Assembly (NCBI GenBank): GCA_038496445.1
Contig: JALMLS010000571.1
Location: 83,191-147,190 of the forward strand
DNA from: Trichosphaerium sp. ATCC 40318
Lineage: Eukaryota > Protista > Tubulinea
Reading direction: 5' to 3'
Length of the DNA stretch: 64,000 bases
Notes under the pieces: generated by a model
What the model saw: only the letters and a program-made list of their open reading frames with translations
Told to the model about the DNA's origin: nothing
Databases searched by the model: none
In this document: positions 1-13,200 of the stretch, piece after piece
Numbering within the stretch: the stretch's first letter is position 1
Layout: each line of letters starts with the position of its first letter
Position numbers and translations under genes: made by a program

Positions 1-236
1 GTTAATGACACTTTATAAACATGACCAGTACCTTTGTTTTCATACAGTCGTACAACAAAATTTGAATATTTAGCAACTGACACCGTTTGATTCGCATACG
101 TTGTTGCTAGTGGTACATCGACGCCTACTTCACACTGTGCAGACAGACTTGCAACTGGTTTTAAAACTCCACGCGCAAACCCTGGGCTAGGTACGCCGAT
201 CGGAACAACAACGATTGCTTCAGGTGTTTCTGCCAT
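1..236 (-). CDS. 5' end of an unknown protein gene (MAETPEAIVVVPIGVPSPGFARG...), running off the window edge
   Basis: ATG at about 236, open frame of about 68 codons to a GTACTG donor near 30; no recognisable motif. Confidence 0.45.
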   Translation of the reverse strand, partial: MAETPEAIVVVPIGVPSPGFARGVLKPVASLSAQCEVGVDVPLATTYANQTVSVAKYSNFVVRLYENKGTGHVYKVSL

Positions 237-312
237 GGTTGTATATATTGGGTAAAAAGAGTGAAAAAGAAGAACAGAAACTTCGTTACAAAATCTGTGC
301 TTTCACGTAAAG

Positions 313-874
313 TTACAATTCACTGCTTAAGTTTTGTCGTTGTGACAAATAAATGCCAGTCAAAGCCAATAAAAACGCTCTGTGCAGTGAGCCTTGTCTT
401 TGAGTGGTAGCATAAATAGCTGCGATGCTTCCATCGAGCGGAATGAACCAATCGGCATCGCCTGCGCGTAGGCGTCCATCCCCACGCAGGCGTGCTAACG
501 ACAACATGCCAGGAGCAGAAATTGAAGAGGCAAACGAATTTAGAAGGCTAAAATGCGAACTACGCACCTTTGTTGGGCTAGGCACGTTACCTTGGTGTCC
601 AACCAATTAATTTTAGTTTTTAGATAACCAGAAGTACACATCACCCAGCTACAGTCAAACACTCACCAGCGACAATGTGGCCAAAAGAACGGCTGTATAC
701 GTATCTGGAAACGGTACAAAAAGAGCCTAATTGCATTATGTACAACTTAAACCACTGTAGGCGATCTATACGATGTAAACTATCGCTTGAAAAAGAAACG
801 GGATCAAAAGCGAAGAGTAAAGCCAATGCCACTCCCAGATAAATATACAACGTACACAGAGTACGAAAACGCAA
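313..874 (-). CDS. Small hypothetical (possibly membrane) protein, spliced
   Basis: Hydrophobic ORF 641-874 and ORF 313-606 with plausible GT/AG boundaries; exon structure unresolved. Confidence 0.3.
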
Positions 875-982
875 TGCTAGAGTGGAAAGAAGAAACAGAG
901 GCGGTTGTTGGTGACGTTAAAGTGCGTTAAACTAAAAAAAAAACAACTTTGTAATTTACCATCTACAAAGCTCCCCGACGTT

Positions 983-3900
983 ATGGGGCGATTTTATTCC
1001 CGCCCACGTATGCCTGGTATCACTGGGTTTGAAAATTTTGAGTGCGAGGACTCATTTGACGATGACGACACGATCCGCAAACAGTACAAACTTTAGTTGT
1101 TTTTAAAATAGACAACAAAAAATTTTGACATTTTTTTTTTTTCAACAGACCAAGCATGACACGAGGAAAATCAAGAATAAAGATGCTTGGGTACGAGATC
1201 TCAACATGCTCTTATAGTTTTGAACGTATTAACATAATCATTTTAGCAGTAAAGGAATACGACGAGCTGAGTCGCCATCTGTACGATTGCTGAGTTTTGG
1301 TTTTTTTTTTTGATCGTTATTCATTTTTGTTGTAGAGAGGCTCACCACCACCTTCGCCTTCTTCGGCATCTCTTCGCACTCTGCGCGGTGTTCCATCACA
1401 GCCTGATAGCTCTCGTAAGCTAGCCTCACCAACTGATCAACTCCGTGGTAGATCCACTTCAGATATCATTCCAGCTTCATTGCAATCAAAGCAAGTCCCT
1501 TCTATTCTTTTATTGTTAATTAATTTTTAGCCATTTCGAGTCTCCGAGATGGGAAGCAACGTTAGTACCTCCAGAGCCACAACCTTGCGATTTTGATACC
1601 TACAGAGGTAAGTCATTATATCGTTTGTCAGTAAAAGTGCTAAAAAAACTGTTTTTTAGAATATGAGGGTGCCTTCCGTCGTTGGACAATTGTATGCTCC
1701 AATTTGACTTTCCTTCCTCCGCATGCAACACAATTACATACGCTGCTGCCTATAAAATATACAAACACAAGCGATGTTTTCGACAAGGACATCTTCGAGT
1801 TGAGGAAGCAAGTCAGGTTTATCAAGTTTCCTTTCTTTGAAGCGACGATAGTTCATCACCCACCACTGTCAAAGATAAATCATGATTATGTTTCTAAAAT
1901 ACCAGACGTCAGCTTAAAAAAGGTACAAAAGAGAGTCAGAGAGAGCAAAACAAAACTGTGTTTCCTTTTTTGTTTTTTTTGTTTTAAGCTGAATTGCTCG
2001 CTTTAACACCAAGTTCTAGGCTAAGAGATTATGGAGATCTATGCCTGATGCTGATAGAAATAAAATAGTGGAATTGATAAATAAGTGGTACCGCATTGTA
2101 GGCAAAGATAAGTCCACAAGTGTGAAACCAATGTACAATTCTTCACGTTTTGATAATCTTTGTTGTTTACTTTCTTTTAAAAGATTGCATGGTACCTGGC
2201 CTATAAAGACAGGTAATACACAAGAGACATTTCAAATGATGTCATTCAGTGGGCCTAAAAAAGAAGTTTCACACTTTCACAACAATGCCTTCCGTAAGTC
2301 TTAACTTTGAAAAAAAAATTGTTGACTTAACAATTGTTATGCAGGTCTTTTAGGAGCTGATATCGCATTACGTGACTGTAAAATGACTATAGACCGTCAT
2401 GCTATGCAATTTGATATTTGTGATTTTGACCTATACGATCTGAATTATGAGGTAATTTTCGTTACCTTGATTTGGTTTTTTTTTCATTTTTTTCTGTTAG
2501 AAATTGGTTACAGATAAGTCCTATTTTATAAAGAAGCGTAGTTTGGTGAAAAAACTTCATTTCCAGCAAATGAATGATCCAATTAAGTCGTGGTATTACA
2601 ACACAGAGAACCCAAATGTACGTGATCATCCAGACAGCTACAAAATACAAATTGTGTTTAAACAAACATACCTTGCGCCTTACTGACGTTTTTTTCAATA
2701 GAAAGCCGCGACCGTTCATCAAAAAGAGATAGCTACACTTCTCGCAGCTCCTAACTTCCTAAAAACGTTGAAGACATCATAAAAGTGCTTAAAGTTCCAA
2801 TGAGATTTGATAAGTTTTTGGTACGTTGCGCGCTTCAACACTTTCGGTTGTATAGCTGAACTCATTCTCTCTAAAATTAGGAATATATGGACACAGATAC
2901 ATACGATACTAGTTCTTCTGCGAGCCAGAAGATTGAAAACATTATCGTAGAGGGACTAAAGAAAGCTGGTGTAACAAGATTTTTAGAAGAGTTTTCGAAC
3001 ACCAAAAATAGACTTTATCATGCCAAAGCTTCACACTTTTTGCACGCATTACTTTCCAGTAACACCAAGTGGTTAATGAGACTTATTGCAGCCGAAGGTA
3101 AGTTTGACAGACTCAATATGGATCGTCCCTCATTGCTCTTATCATTTTTTGTTTTCAATCAATTAATAATTCTTTTTTTAGACGTCAAAAGCATATCTCT
3201 TGCTGCGTATGGCATCGCTTTTAGCGATGATGAACCAAGAGATTTATTTCCATTTAGAGAAGATATTTATTATTTGTTAAAGCAGGTACACGTGTGTCTT
3301 TAGTTTTTACCGTTAGTTGAATGAAAGATTTCTTTTTATTTTTTTTGATATTATTAACTTGGTGTATTTAGTTCGTTGGAGCCCCTATCCTCCCTATTGT
3401 TAGAACATTCTTTATGGAGTATTATATGAGAGAAATAAGTAGGGTTGTAAGGCAGAACCCAAGCAATTTCACTGCTGTTTACAGCTCAGTCGACAGCATC
3501 TCCAAAGTACGCATTTATGTATTTGTGATGAGTACTTACTTTAATAGAAACTTACAGCAAGGCTAACACAACTTGCAAACGAGAACCCAGATTTCTTTAG
3601 GGTCAAGATGTTTGATGGCGTAGGCCACCGCTCTCGCAAGTTATCAGCAGTACTCTTTCTATTTGCTGTACAAACAATTCGAAGTAATGAGCTTAAGGTC
3701 TGGTTTTTATATCTGCATTGAATGACATCTTAATCTGTTTTTAGAATGTGTTAATGCATGATGACTCCAACATTCATGGTAAACTGAGAGCACTGAGTAA
3801 ATCAAAGTTCTCTCATGCACGTGTACGTATTGAAACTGATCAGATAGACTTCTTATATAGTTAGTTTGCTAGTAGACGTTTACTTCAAATCATTGGATCC

Positions 3901-5614
3901 TCTTTACTCTGGAAGGCCTTCTTTTGCAGGTTAGTAGATACAAACTGTTCTTTATACAAGAATATTGACGTTGTCCTAGGAGCTATAACACCAAGAGGAA
4001 ACGATTTGTCAAGGATGTTCTTGAAACTCACGTATGGCGGCACAAATCAAAGAATTTACCTGTCAACTCACTTTATATTTTAGAACAATAAGCCTACAAT
4101 TTATGCTGAGGAGCTTAAAGCAATATGTATTGACTCACTTGAGGTACTAAACCATCTCCCTTTTTATGGAAAAAACACCCAAAAATGTCGTCCTGACCAT
4201 CCATTTTTTCTTAAGAGAACGGACGAGAAGAGCAAAGGAATGCACTTTTTGAATACTAGAATATTCGATGAGCTCAAACTAAGCATTATTTCAAAGACGA
4301 AGGAAATTGACCTGGTAAGCAATTTTTATATTATCTAGTTGTCTCGCTCTTCAACCTTACTCCGTTTATTAGTCTGTTGCTACTGCCAGTGAAATATTAG
4401 CTGCACTTACACGTGCAGCTACTACAAATATACAGCGTCTAGAGTTCACAGCTGCGCATACGCAGTCTCTTGTTAGACCAAAGAAGGAAACTGTTAGGTA
4501 TGTCTTTAAATACTTTTTTGGCGATCACAATTTTTTTTGTTTTCTCATTTTTTACGCCGCACTAGAGTGGCTATGGGTGATATTATATCACTTGCAAGAT
4601 TCCTTGAGGAAGGGGCAGGTCCAAACGCAAAGCTTACCTTCAGAGCTAAAGCTAGTATCCTCAAAACAAACCCTGACGTTTGGTTGCTTTTTTTGTGTCC
4701 AAAAACTAGGAATACAAGATTATTTTGTCTTTGACTTGTTGAGATGTATTGAAGTGTTTGGGTCACTTTTTGAACCATACAGAGGTTTTATCTCGTATTG
4801 TAGAGATAAAGACATTACATCAAACTATAACCAAGTTCTGTCGCAGCCATTACAGCCGTACTCCTTACTTTTCTCCTAAACATTGAAAACTTACTGTTCT
4901 TTTAGCATTATGTAAACAAGCATGGCACTTCTTTTACAAGCTTCTCAGTCATACACCAGGTACCTAAATCTCACATCCGTATACACTTAACAGCGCTAAC
5001 AAAAAGTTAAGGATTGATGGCGTCACTCATCGCTTCTGGCGTTTTTGAACGTTACATTAATCTCATCAATGTTGGTAATCCGCTACCTGTTGTTCGCCAT
5101 TCTTTGCACTACTTCGCCAAGGTACGGTACCCAAGCTATGCTATTTATGATGTGATATTCACTCTTGGTTATGAATAGATGCTGCAGTTGACTGGTGATA
5201 CAAAGGAAGCGAACAAACTCTTCGAGAAAGATCTTAAAGAGCTTAATGCGTTTTGTATTGGAAAACGTATTTTTATCAAAATTCACATTATCTATCGTCG
5301 ATTAGTGAACGATGATACTTCTATAACATATCACGTACGACCAAGAGTGTGTTTTTAATTTTTGCGTTTCACCATCTCGAATGAAGCACGTGTTGACCAA
5401 AGATATTTTAGGAACTGGTAAAACTGTATAAGATTTTGGCTAACAATTCGAATTGTGCCAAGCTTTACAAGGATGTAGTAAAGACTACTGAATATAAGGA
5501 TGGTATTAATAGGTCTATTGCACTTATACCACCTCCTTCTGTACACTCTAAGCAGTTCCTGAAGAAGAAAAAGAAAGAGAAAAAGAGCAAGAAACTAGAC
5601 AAAAAAGTTGTGTA
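983..5614 (+). CDS. Large multi-exon hypothetical protein (Ser/Pro-rich N-terminus, PPEPxP..YE..RW..C..PPH motif, probably helical C-terminal half, Lys-rich end)
   Basis: Chain of exons with GT/GC-AG boundaries from ATG 983 to TAA 5612-5614; reads ...RWEATLVPPEPQPCDFDTYREYEGAFRRWTIVCSNLTFLPPHATQL... Confidence 0.65.
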
Positions 5615-5875
5615 AAGAAAAACAACATATAAATAAATTGTTTTTAAAGAACGATTTACATCAAGTATTTTTTTTGGATTGACTCAATCATTACCGCAAT
5701 TTTTTGCGAAAGTCAATCTAACACTGTGACAAGGTCTTAGTTAAACTCTGAATAGGAGGTTGTCTAGCTTTAGTAGTTCCATAAAAATTGCATTTAGTTT
5801 AACGAACATTGAATCATGTCACTAAAACAACAACCTTGTTTCAAACACATACTGTATTTCGCGCACTAGCAAATA

Positions 5876-7527
5876 TTATAATTTGGAGCAATGTGCAATT
5901 CGCTTTAAGCCTTGTATGTGATCCGGCTCAATACCAACATAAACACGAGAATCCCGTGATGATCTGGCACTGAAAGCCATGCGTGGTGTATTGAATGATA
6001 AACCAAGACGTCCCAAAGAGTCCTACAAGTCAATCAGCAACGAGGCACAATCAAACAATGATCACCATTGTAATGAATCCACCTAGCCCATTAACTGTTT
6101 TCAACACTTTAATAGTATCTACTGAAGCTTTCCAGGGACAATCACCATACTCTAACTTGGATACAACGGTCCTAAGGTTCGATAAGAAATAATGAAATAA
6201 AAACAGAAAGGACGAGGTTGACCTTGTCCCAAGAATGCGAATGAGATCCTCCCCGTAGCCTAAAAAGTCATTTGTTAAAAAGTCAACTATTGCATCCTAC
6301 CAGTGGCTGCACTAGCACCAACACCATCGAGTAAATATGCGCCTGCTCCCCACAAAGGAGTATCTTAAGTGGATTAGAGATTTAGTACGTCAGTTTAGCG
6401 CGCACCTCCAACTATTAGAGCATTAGTGGCACAGCTGCCTGTATTGAAGTACCTCTGCCAGGACGTTTGAATGGTGTTCCTCCTGTAGATACAGCAACAG
6501 CCATGTCTCCTTGAGAATCTATGCATATACATCCGACTGTACCCTTTTTTTGCATGTTAAACTCCTGAAGAGCTGGTGATTTGTCAAATGCTGATTTTGG
6601 TTTAAAAGAAGGATCCTTCATTATCTTCTGATACCGTTGAAACTCGCTTTCCAAACAAACATCAATAAAGTTGAAATAACCAAATTTGTTGACAAACTAA
6701 TGATTCTAACCTGGACGTCAAGAGCTCTTTTGGTTGTAAAGTGGTGATACCCTAAAAACAAAAGGTTAACTCTTTTTTTTATGGAGAACCACAATAACGC
6801 ACTTGCTGTTTTGCAAATCTGTTTGCACCTTGGCCTACGAGCATAATCTCATCTGTCTTTTCCATAACCATGCGGGCTATGCGGATAGGGTTCTGGAAGG
6901 CCATTTTAACACATACTTCAGAAACATGTGGTTTCTGATTTTTTTCTTACCTGCAGATCCTGAATAGCACATACAGACCCAATGTTGTATCCTTTGGTTG
7001 CAATAATCTATGAGCCTTGTTAGGCTGTCCCGTTATTATTATTTTGTATCACGCACTGCATCCATTTCAATCTGCCCGGCACTGTGTAAAAAGTTTAGTT
7101 AAAATGATGTATTCTGCGAACAAAAATGTGGGCTTTTTGTTAGTTGCACGTGCCTGTTCACAAAACTACCTTTACCTGCATCAAATGTAGGATCATCTAT
7201 ATACCTGTAAAGCCAAATTGTGGCCGATTTTAGTACCTTCCATAGAAATGACTGCCTATTGCCGTTTTAATTGGTTTCTTTTGTCGCAAACGCTGTTTTC
7301 GTGCATCTATGTCCCAAACGCACCTGTTCTACGGCGTCTACGCAATTTCCGCCATCAGCAAGAATATCGTGAGCAATACTAGCAGCTACGCCAACGCCAC
7401 GCTTATGAGCATCCACAGCGTTGTCCTGGGAGTTTTCAATTAAAACTCAGTTATTCCACCTTAGAATTCACATAGCAAAGCGTACAGGAATATTCCAAGC
7501 GCCACCGTGTACAATTACGCTGTGCAT
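5876..7527 (-). CDS. ASRGL1: Isoaspartyl peptidase / L-asparaginase (Ntn hydrolase)
   Basis: Spliced product MHSVIVHGGAWNIP...DDPTFDAGKGS...IEMDA...GTVGCIC...STGGTPFKRPGRVGDTPLWGAG...TGYGED; nucleophile Thr of GTVG present. Confidence 0.93.
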
Positions 7528-8397
7528 GCTGATAACAGGTCAAAGTTTCTCACTTTGGAGCTTTAATTCGTAAAAACAAAACATCTCATTTCTTTGGAAT
7601 AAACAGCTGGGCTTAGTGGTTTATTGCTTTGACGAGTGTTTTAACTATCCGTTACAAACTGTCCCACAAGGAATTGGCCGTGAATATCGACAAAAAAGAT
7701 ACCGATAATCACGTTTTTCAGTGTTCGTCGTAGGCATAAATAACCTGAACAATTTCTGCCTTTGCACTACCTGAACGCTGCTTATACGATAACTCGCGCG
7801 CTTCAGAATCCTCGGAGGATCAACTTTTACTAAAGGAAAGATTCATTGAAAGGTACTGAAATAGTAAAAAAACAGTTTGTTTCACAAGTTATTATTGGTT
7901 TTATAAACAAATCACGCAAATTACACCCGTCATTACAACGTATTATGTATATGTTTGGTTTAGTTCCTGTACTCTTGCCGCCTGTCTTCGGCTTACAGCT
8001 GATATGTGCTCTTCTCTACCGCTTACTCCAGTCAGGGCTGAATATCAATTGATAGGCGAATAAAGAGAGGAACAGGTGCTAGTAAGTCAGCTAATGGTCT
8101 TGTTGGAATCCTTCGACAAGAGTCAGCTCCCGCGAGTCGCAAGAAGAATCCTACTATTTACGCAAATAGGAAGGCTCTTAGAAAGAGACTACGCTTGGAC
8201 GCATACACCGCGTCTTTTTTGCACTTTTGTACAATCAATTAAGAACAAACAAAGCATACTTGCAGGGTTCGCATAATTCTAGGTCGAAGCCGGCACGTCT
8301 AAATCGTGCGAGTTGAAAGACGATTGAAAGAAGAGTTGTTTTTATTTGGGTAAACACCTTAGAAAGCAACCGATATCTTTTGTTCAAGCAATTTAAT

Positions 8398-10066
8398 TTA
8401 GCTGTCTTCTTCTGGAGCTTCGGTATCAGTATCCAAAAGGATGTCTTGAGTGGCTTGGGTCTCTTCAATTGGTGACTTTTCTTCTTCGCTCTCATCCGAG
8501 GACGAGTCATCTGAATCATCATCATCTTTTTCTTGAATGCCTTCATCGTCACTTGGTACGATTGGTTCTCCCTCATCTTGAGCAGCAATAACAACCTTCG
8601 AGAAATTACCCCTATACACGTGAATGAGCACGTGTTGTTTAATTCCAAAAATTGTGGTGCGCAAAAAAATCTTTTACGTACGACTTTTTCTTTCTGTTCA
8701 CAAAGAAAGTCATGTAAACTACCCATGCGACAATGGTTGCGATAGATATTAAAGTAGCTAGATAAAATATCAGTAGATGTCATATTTCTAATGCATACCA
8801 ATTACGACAATAACGACAACAGATACCTTAGCTGTAGCTTTTTCTTCGACCTATGATACCAAACGGTTAAAAATAAACTCATCAAAAAAAAAAATAACAA
8901 AACTAACCTCTTGGATTCCCAATGCGAGTGGGATACCTTCAGTGCTAATGATTTTAACGCCAGCTGATGCCAAAGCAGCATCATCAGCATCAGACAAACC
9001 AGCGACAGCATCGGAGATGACATAGGCGTCAAAAGAGAAAACTTTTGCGTCACTGGCAGTAGCGACAAGGCTCACACCACCAAGACCAACGATTAGAAGG
9101 GTGTTGATGCCTGCAGCCTAACGAAGAAGTTAGATATGACCAATATTCGAAGAGAACCGTACCTCCAAGTCGTTTTCAAGGGTAGTAAAGTTGAGGTGAG
9201 TGTTATCACGGAACGCGCTATCGGAACCTGTCGCGCACTCGATATTTTTCTTCATTATTACGTCACTTGGTTTTTGAATGAGTTGCTAGTAGAAATCAGT
9301 TTTAGAGGTTTTGTTTGCGGTTTATCTTTTTTTTGTGTATCACAAAAAAAAAAGATTCGGCTGTCTGGTTTAATACCTTTGAGAAATCAGATTCGGGCTG
9401 TCCAGCAACACAAGAATCTTCAAGAAGCTAAACACGTGAACGGTGAGTCGTAAAAGGTTTTCGGTGGTGATAAAACCGTACCACTTGAACTAATTTCTTG
9501 CCACGGCTAGCTGGATCAGCTGCTGGGCATGGGACAGTGTATTCTTGCTAAAGCAGATATTAATGGTAACGCGGCTAACTTTTGAAAAAAAAACGGCGAA
9601 AGCGCTTAGTTTCAAAAAAGCGGTTTGTATGGATGCGTACTTGGTTAATTTCAGATTCACAGAGTTGTCCGTGTGCGTTGTAAAATAGCTCAACCGAATC
9701 TCCGGGATTTTTGCCCACGTGAACAGAGGCAAACGATATGTGTGTTGAACACTTCCATTCCTAGAGAATGACGTTTTTGAGAAGAGAAAAAAACAGGGTA
9801 TCGTAAACCAACCAAGCGGTTATTCAAAACCTACGCACCTGCGTCAATACCACTCTGGTAAACTCGTAGTCGTATTTTGTTCTGATATCATTAATAGCGA
9901 GGATTACTTCGTCTCCTCCCTTCACGCCAGCTGCTCCTCCAGGGAGGCTACAGTACTGAGCGTCTATAACGATGAGAGCTGCTTTTGTCTCAGTTGCTTC
10001 AGCGGCCTCTTGAGAGGCAACGAAGCTTACAAATACAACCAAAATAAGCGCTAAGGAGATGTTCAT
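8398..10066 (-). CDS. Type-I membrane protein with signal peptide, nicotinamidase/isochorismatase-like ectodomain (catalytic residues lost), TM helix and acidic tail
   Basis: MNISLALILVVFVSFVAS; AALIVIDAQYCSLPGG; TQEWKCSTHISFAS; LLEDSCVAG; GINTLLIVGLGGVSLVATASDA; TM VSVVVIVVIATLISIATIVAWVVYMTFFV then NRKKK; Asp/Glu-rich tail. Confidence 0.8.
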
Positions 10067-10270
10067 TGATGCTGGCGATAGATAAAATGAGTGAGCACAC
10101 GACGGACATTTGGCATCTACTCCGAATAAATGCGACAAAATCTACCCGAGAACGTTGTTTATGGTATAAGGTTGTTTATTAAAAGGTATGGTTAATGTAA
10201 GCAACCATTCGTTGGACAAGATTCAAAAAATCTTTTTTTCAATTTTTTTTTTGTATTTTTCGAGTACGCT

Positions 10271-13200
10271 TTAGTCAAAATCGCTGTCTTCGCCATCGTC
10301 AGTAGCCGTTTCCAACTCGATTTCTTTACCGGTATTGCCACCACGGGCATTGCTAATAGCAATACATATAGCGCCTATTATACCAACAAGAACGATGCTG
10401 AGACCATAGCCAAGCAGAACGTAGGCGAATAAGAGTGTGCTTCTTGCTGCTTGTTGCTGGAACTCGATAAAACCGGATACCCAACGTTCTAGGGCACGAC
10501 GTAAGTACTAGGGACTACATATAATGAAAGTAAAGAAAACGTACGTAAAGTAACCGATGTGCTGATCGCCACTGAGTCAGGGATGTACAAGAACGTTGGT
10601 GCTCGTATGTACGGTGTAATATAAAGAGGATACAACTGTAAGTTATTTGCCATGTATCTACGCGTGTTAAAAGAGTTTTTGATGCTTTTAGAACGCAGTA
10701 GCTACGTACGTTAATACTTCCAGTATGGTTTCAACTCCCAAGATACATTGAGCGAGATCATTGAAAATAGTGGCAAGGAACGATACAGATTGAGCGCCAA
10801 GCTCGTCTCTAATGTACCTAGTGGCTAACTCCTCTGGCCAAGTTTCAGCCTTGTCCGCAACAACTTCAAGCCATCCTCGCGGTTTATTAAGAAAGTTGTC
10901 AATGTCGGAAGCCAAATTCACAACGGTCTACGCGCATAGATGTCAAAAAAAAAAATTGAGTTTTTTCAGGTTTGACGTACACCGTTGAATTCATCAGTCC
11001 ATTTACCGACAGTATCATTAATGAGGCCATTCCAAGCGTCAGATTGATCTTGAACAAAACCCTTTACTTCAATGTTGATCCAGGTGTTTGCTGTTGTTTC
11101 GATCAAGGACAGTTGCCAAACAAGTAGAAATACGAATACAATTGACAATATAGCCAACATGATAATCATTACAGCGGCAGGCCAACTGATGTATTCGAGG
11201 AACCACATGAGTGGTGAAACCTGTCCAGATTCAGCTGCTTTGCCTTCAAGCTTGCCTGAAAGCCAAGTTCTGAGGCGCAACATCTTTGAACGGACCCAAC
11301 GGCGAACACGTTTCCAGAAATACAGCCAAACAAATACCGCAATGATGCATATAACGATACCAATGAGGTAACCCATAAAGAGCCAGAGTAGTACATCTAC
11401 AGCCTCGTCGTAAGATCCGAATGGAAACTCGTGACAAAAAGTCACATTTTGATAAGTTAATACTGGGAATAGATCCACAGTAACATTTGGAATGGTGGCC
11501 CTAAGAAGGTTAGAATATTATCAGAAAAAGTCAAACACAAAAAAAAGTGAGTGTAGAACTCGAGTTGATCAACGGTAGTGGCGGCATTCGCTACGAAAAT
11601 AAAAGCATTGTTTGACCAATCCGCAGGGAAAAGTGTCGTACTGAAAGTCTGCAAGGGCACCATCTAAGAATTCTTCTCTGAGTGTTCTGATGATAAAATC
11701 AGATAATTCTCCATTTCCAAAATCAACAATGCTTGTTTTATTTCCTTCCAAGTCGTTTGTTGCACCTGAAGCGGCATTCTTAGATACATCTAGAACACCA
11801 CACATCTACGGAAAAGAAATGAGCTTTAGAACGCAACTTTGAATAAAAATTACGTCTTGTTTAAGTATTTCCCGTTGTGTTTCAGGAAGAGTAGCAATAT
11901 TATCCTTGAAACTGTTGACAAAATCTTGGATGCCAAACTGTTGAATATCACGCTTATTCCTCAAGCTATCAAAGTGGTTCTTGACTTGATCTTCCAAGAA
12001 TGAGTCGAACACAGCTGCACGTTTCTTTGCAATAGGTGCTGCAGTTGTTGGCGCTGTTGTTGTTGGTACAGCTGGAGCTTCAGTTGTTGGCACGGCTGGT
12101 GCTTCTGTTGTTGGTACTACTGGCGCTTCAGTCGTTGGAGCTACAGGAACTGTAGGTGCTTCAGTTGTTGGTACAACAGGAGGTGTAGGTCCAGTTGGAG
12201 GTACTGTAGTGTTCGTATTATTGTTGCTTGGAGGCTCAGGTGGAAAACAGAATTCATTGATAGTGTCAGAATCTATGTTCGATATCAATTGATCTAGCTC
12301 TGATACACTAACTGGCGTAAGCATTTCACAAACTCTTTTTTTAATACTCCCTGTTGGTAGACGTACCCATTCTCAACTACATTAACAGCAGCCTTGTAAG
12401 CACATATGTAGCTGTTAAACTTAAATTGTATCGCTCTTACAAGCAACTAAGGTACAGAATAAGTTCAAGTTGTGTACCAATAAAATGAATAGTAGAAAAC
12501 TCAAAAAGGATTTTTTTTTTAAGGCCGTACCGGGACAGCATAGTCCACTGTTGAGTTTACAATATCGTAACTTTCTTCTATGATTGTATTTAATAAGCTA
12601 GCAGCTTGTTCGTTCGCTTCTCGCGCAGCTATAACATGTAGATTGAATACATTCGATACTGCAACCTCCATAGATGTGCACGTCTCTCTCATTGAATCCT
12701 TGCTTCTGTTTGCATCACGATTAACAACTTGGAAAGTCAACACTGAAGCTGCCCTAAATTGAGATTGATTAAATGAGAAAACCAGATCTGCAGTAAACAA
12801 TATTTGAATTTCAAAAATCTGTGCCAGAAACCGGCAAAACTATTTACACAAATGTCCATAAAAAGACGAAAGGGAAAAAACCGTACAATAAAGTTAACAA
12901 GCCAGCAATGTACATGTGCCAAAACACTCTTGAATCTGCCCATCTTGACCCGATATACTTTGGGTGGACTGCCGAACAAAATTTTCCACTGCGCACTTTA
13001 CGCTTCTTCTTAACAACGACACGTTGTGGGCTTACTTGGTCCGCTTCAATTGTGACGACATCGTTACCTTTACCAGCGTGTTTTCTGCCATATCGCGGTA
13101 CAACATTTCTCTTGCGGCTGTCTTGAGATGCATGTAGATTTCCCATAGAGGGCAGCAAATGAGACTTGTTCTTGTCGAGTTTAGCCTCATGCTCCCCTCT

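Noticed and set aside
10562-10633. Possible second U12 intron in the Prm1-like gene (GTATCCTC donor, TCCCTGAC branch-like site)
   Set aside because: It is 72 nt, in frame and stop-free, and the unspliced reading is plausible protein; cannot be called without cDNA
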